From Marsupella aquatica (Eukaryota > Plantae > Marchantiophyta): DNA of 64,000 bases. Positions 63,391 through 64,000 of this stretch are shown one piece after another; position 1 is the stretch's first letter; each line of letters starts with the position of its first letter. The notes under the pieces are model-generated. The model saw only the letters and a program-made list of their open reading frames with translations, searched no databases and was not told the origin of the DNA. The position numbers and the translations under genes were made by a program. Location: assembly GCA_973895155.1 (NCBI GenBank), contig OZ316897.1:16243375-16307374 (forward strand). Reading direction: 5' to 3'.

Positions 63391-63675
63391 GGGGGTCACT
63401 ATATGGAGGGCCATACATTGCGTGCGATGTTTTAGGGTTTGGCCCCCTAATATATCTTATAAGCCAATTTGTTTTTTGCAACACCCTATCTTTCTTTAAA
63501 TTTTGCCATTTTTTACTTAAAAATCCCTATAAAACCTAATTTGATTTTTGAGCCAACCAATCAATAAAACATGCTCTATTTGTTTTTCCACAAAACTTTG
63601 AAAGTCTTCAGTCACAAACATTTAAATGAGCCTATACTTTGTCACATGTGATGTTCCACTTTTGTGGAAGTGAAC
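63391..63675. mobile_element. MITE, GGGG.TCACT family
   Basis: gggggtcactatatggagggcc left end; tgtgatgttccactttgtggaagtgaac right end, as in 41150-41421. Confidence 0.55.
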
Positions 63676-64000
63676 GTTTGGAGTGCACCTCATTCTGCAC
63701 AACACACTGTTGTGATGGTTCATGCGACTTTTCAACAGATTTGGAGCATTAAAAAGGCCAGAAACTTCAATCAGACCCTCCTGAAATTAATAAGATGATT
63801 GAAAGGGCCACTAGGAGTGATCACAACAACAATAGTAACATTAGTGGTGATAGAATCTAGCCCTAGACTGTGCAGGCATCTTTTTGAGGTTATGGAGCTG
63901 AATAGATTGTAACTCAGTGATATTGGGCTACTCTAAATACTCCAATATGCCATCCCACTCTTTATTTTCATTGTCTGCTTATTTTCATAGTCTGCCTGAG

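Overview
Eukaryotic, land-plant genomic DNA (spliceosomal introns, plant-type kinase and SLX1, plant TE families; a bryophyte such as a liverwort is my inference, not proven). Two intact intron-containing host genes: an 8-exon CDKC-related (CKL/At1g54610-type) kinase on the minus strand (35365->30217, 830 aa) and a 4-exon SLX1 GIY-YIG endonuclease on the plus strand (55714->58651, 627 aa). The SLX1 C-terminus carries four tandem ~69-aa repeats, each ending in a SUMO-interacting-like motif. The rest is TE-rich: a very young non-autonomous Ty1/copia element with identical 142-bp LTRs (1420-5075), a Mutator-like element with ~590-bp TIRs and a 10-bp TSD (18195-22828), a 5'-truncated CRE-clade RLE retrotransposon (~43340-46335), a tRNA-derived SINE, mini-Helitrons, MITEs and a decayed PIF/Harbinger remnant. 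The most novel signal is a second, convergent gene inside the MULE. Read through one stop codon, it encodes a hydrophobic N-terminus plus an RNase H1 hybrid-binding (caulimovirus viroplasmin-like) domain that the ORF track misses. All translations and alignments were done by eye; no database searches were run.
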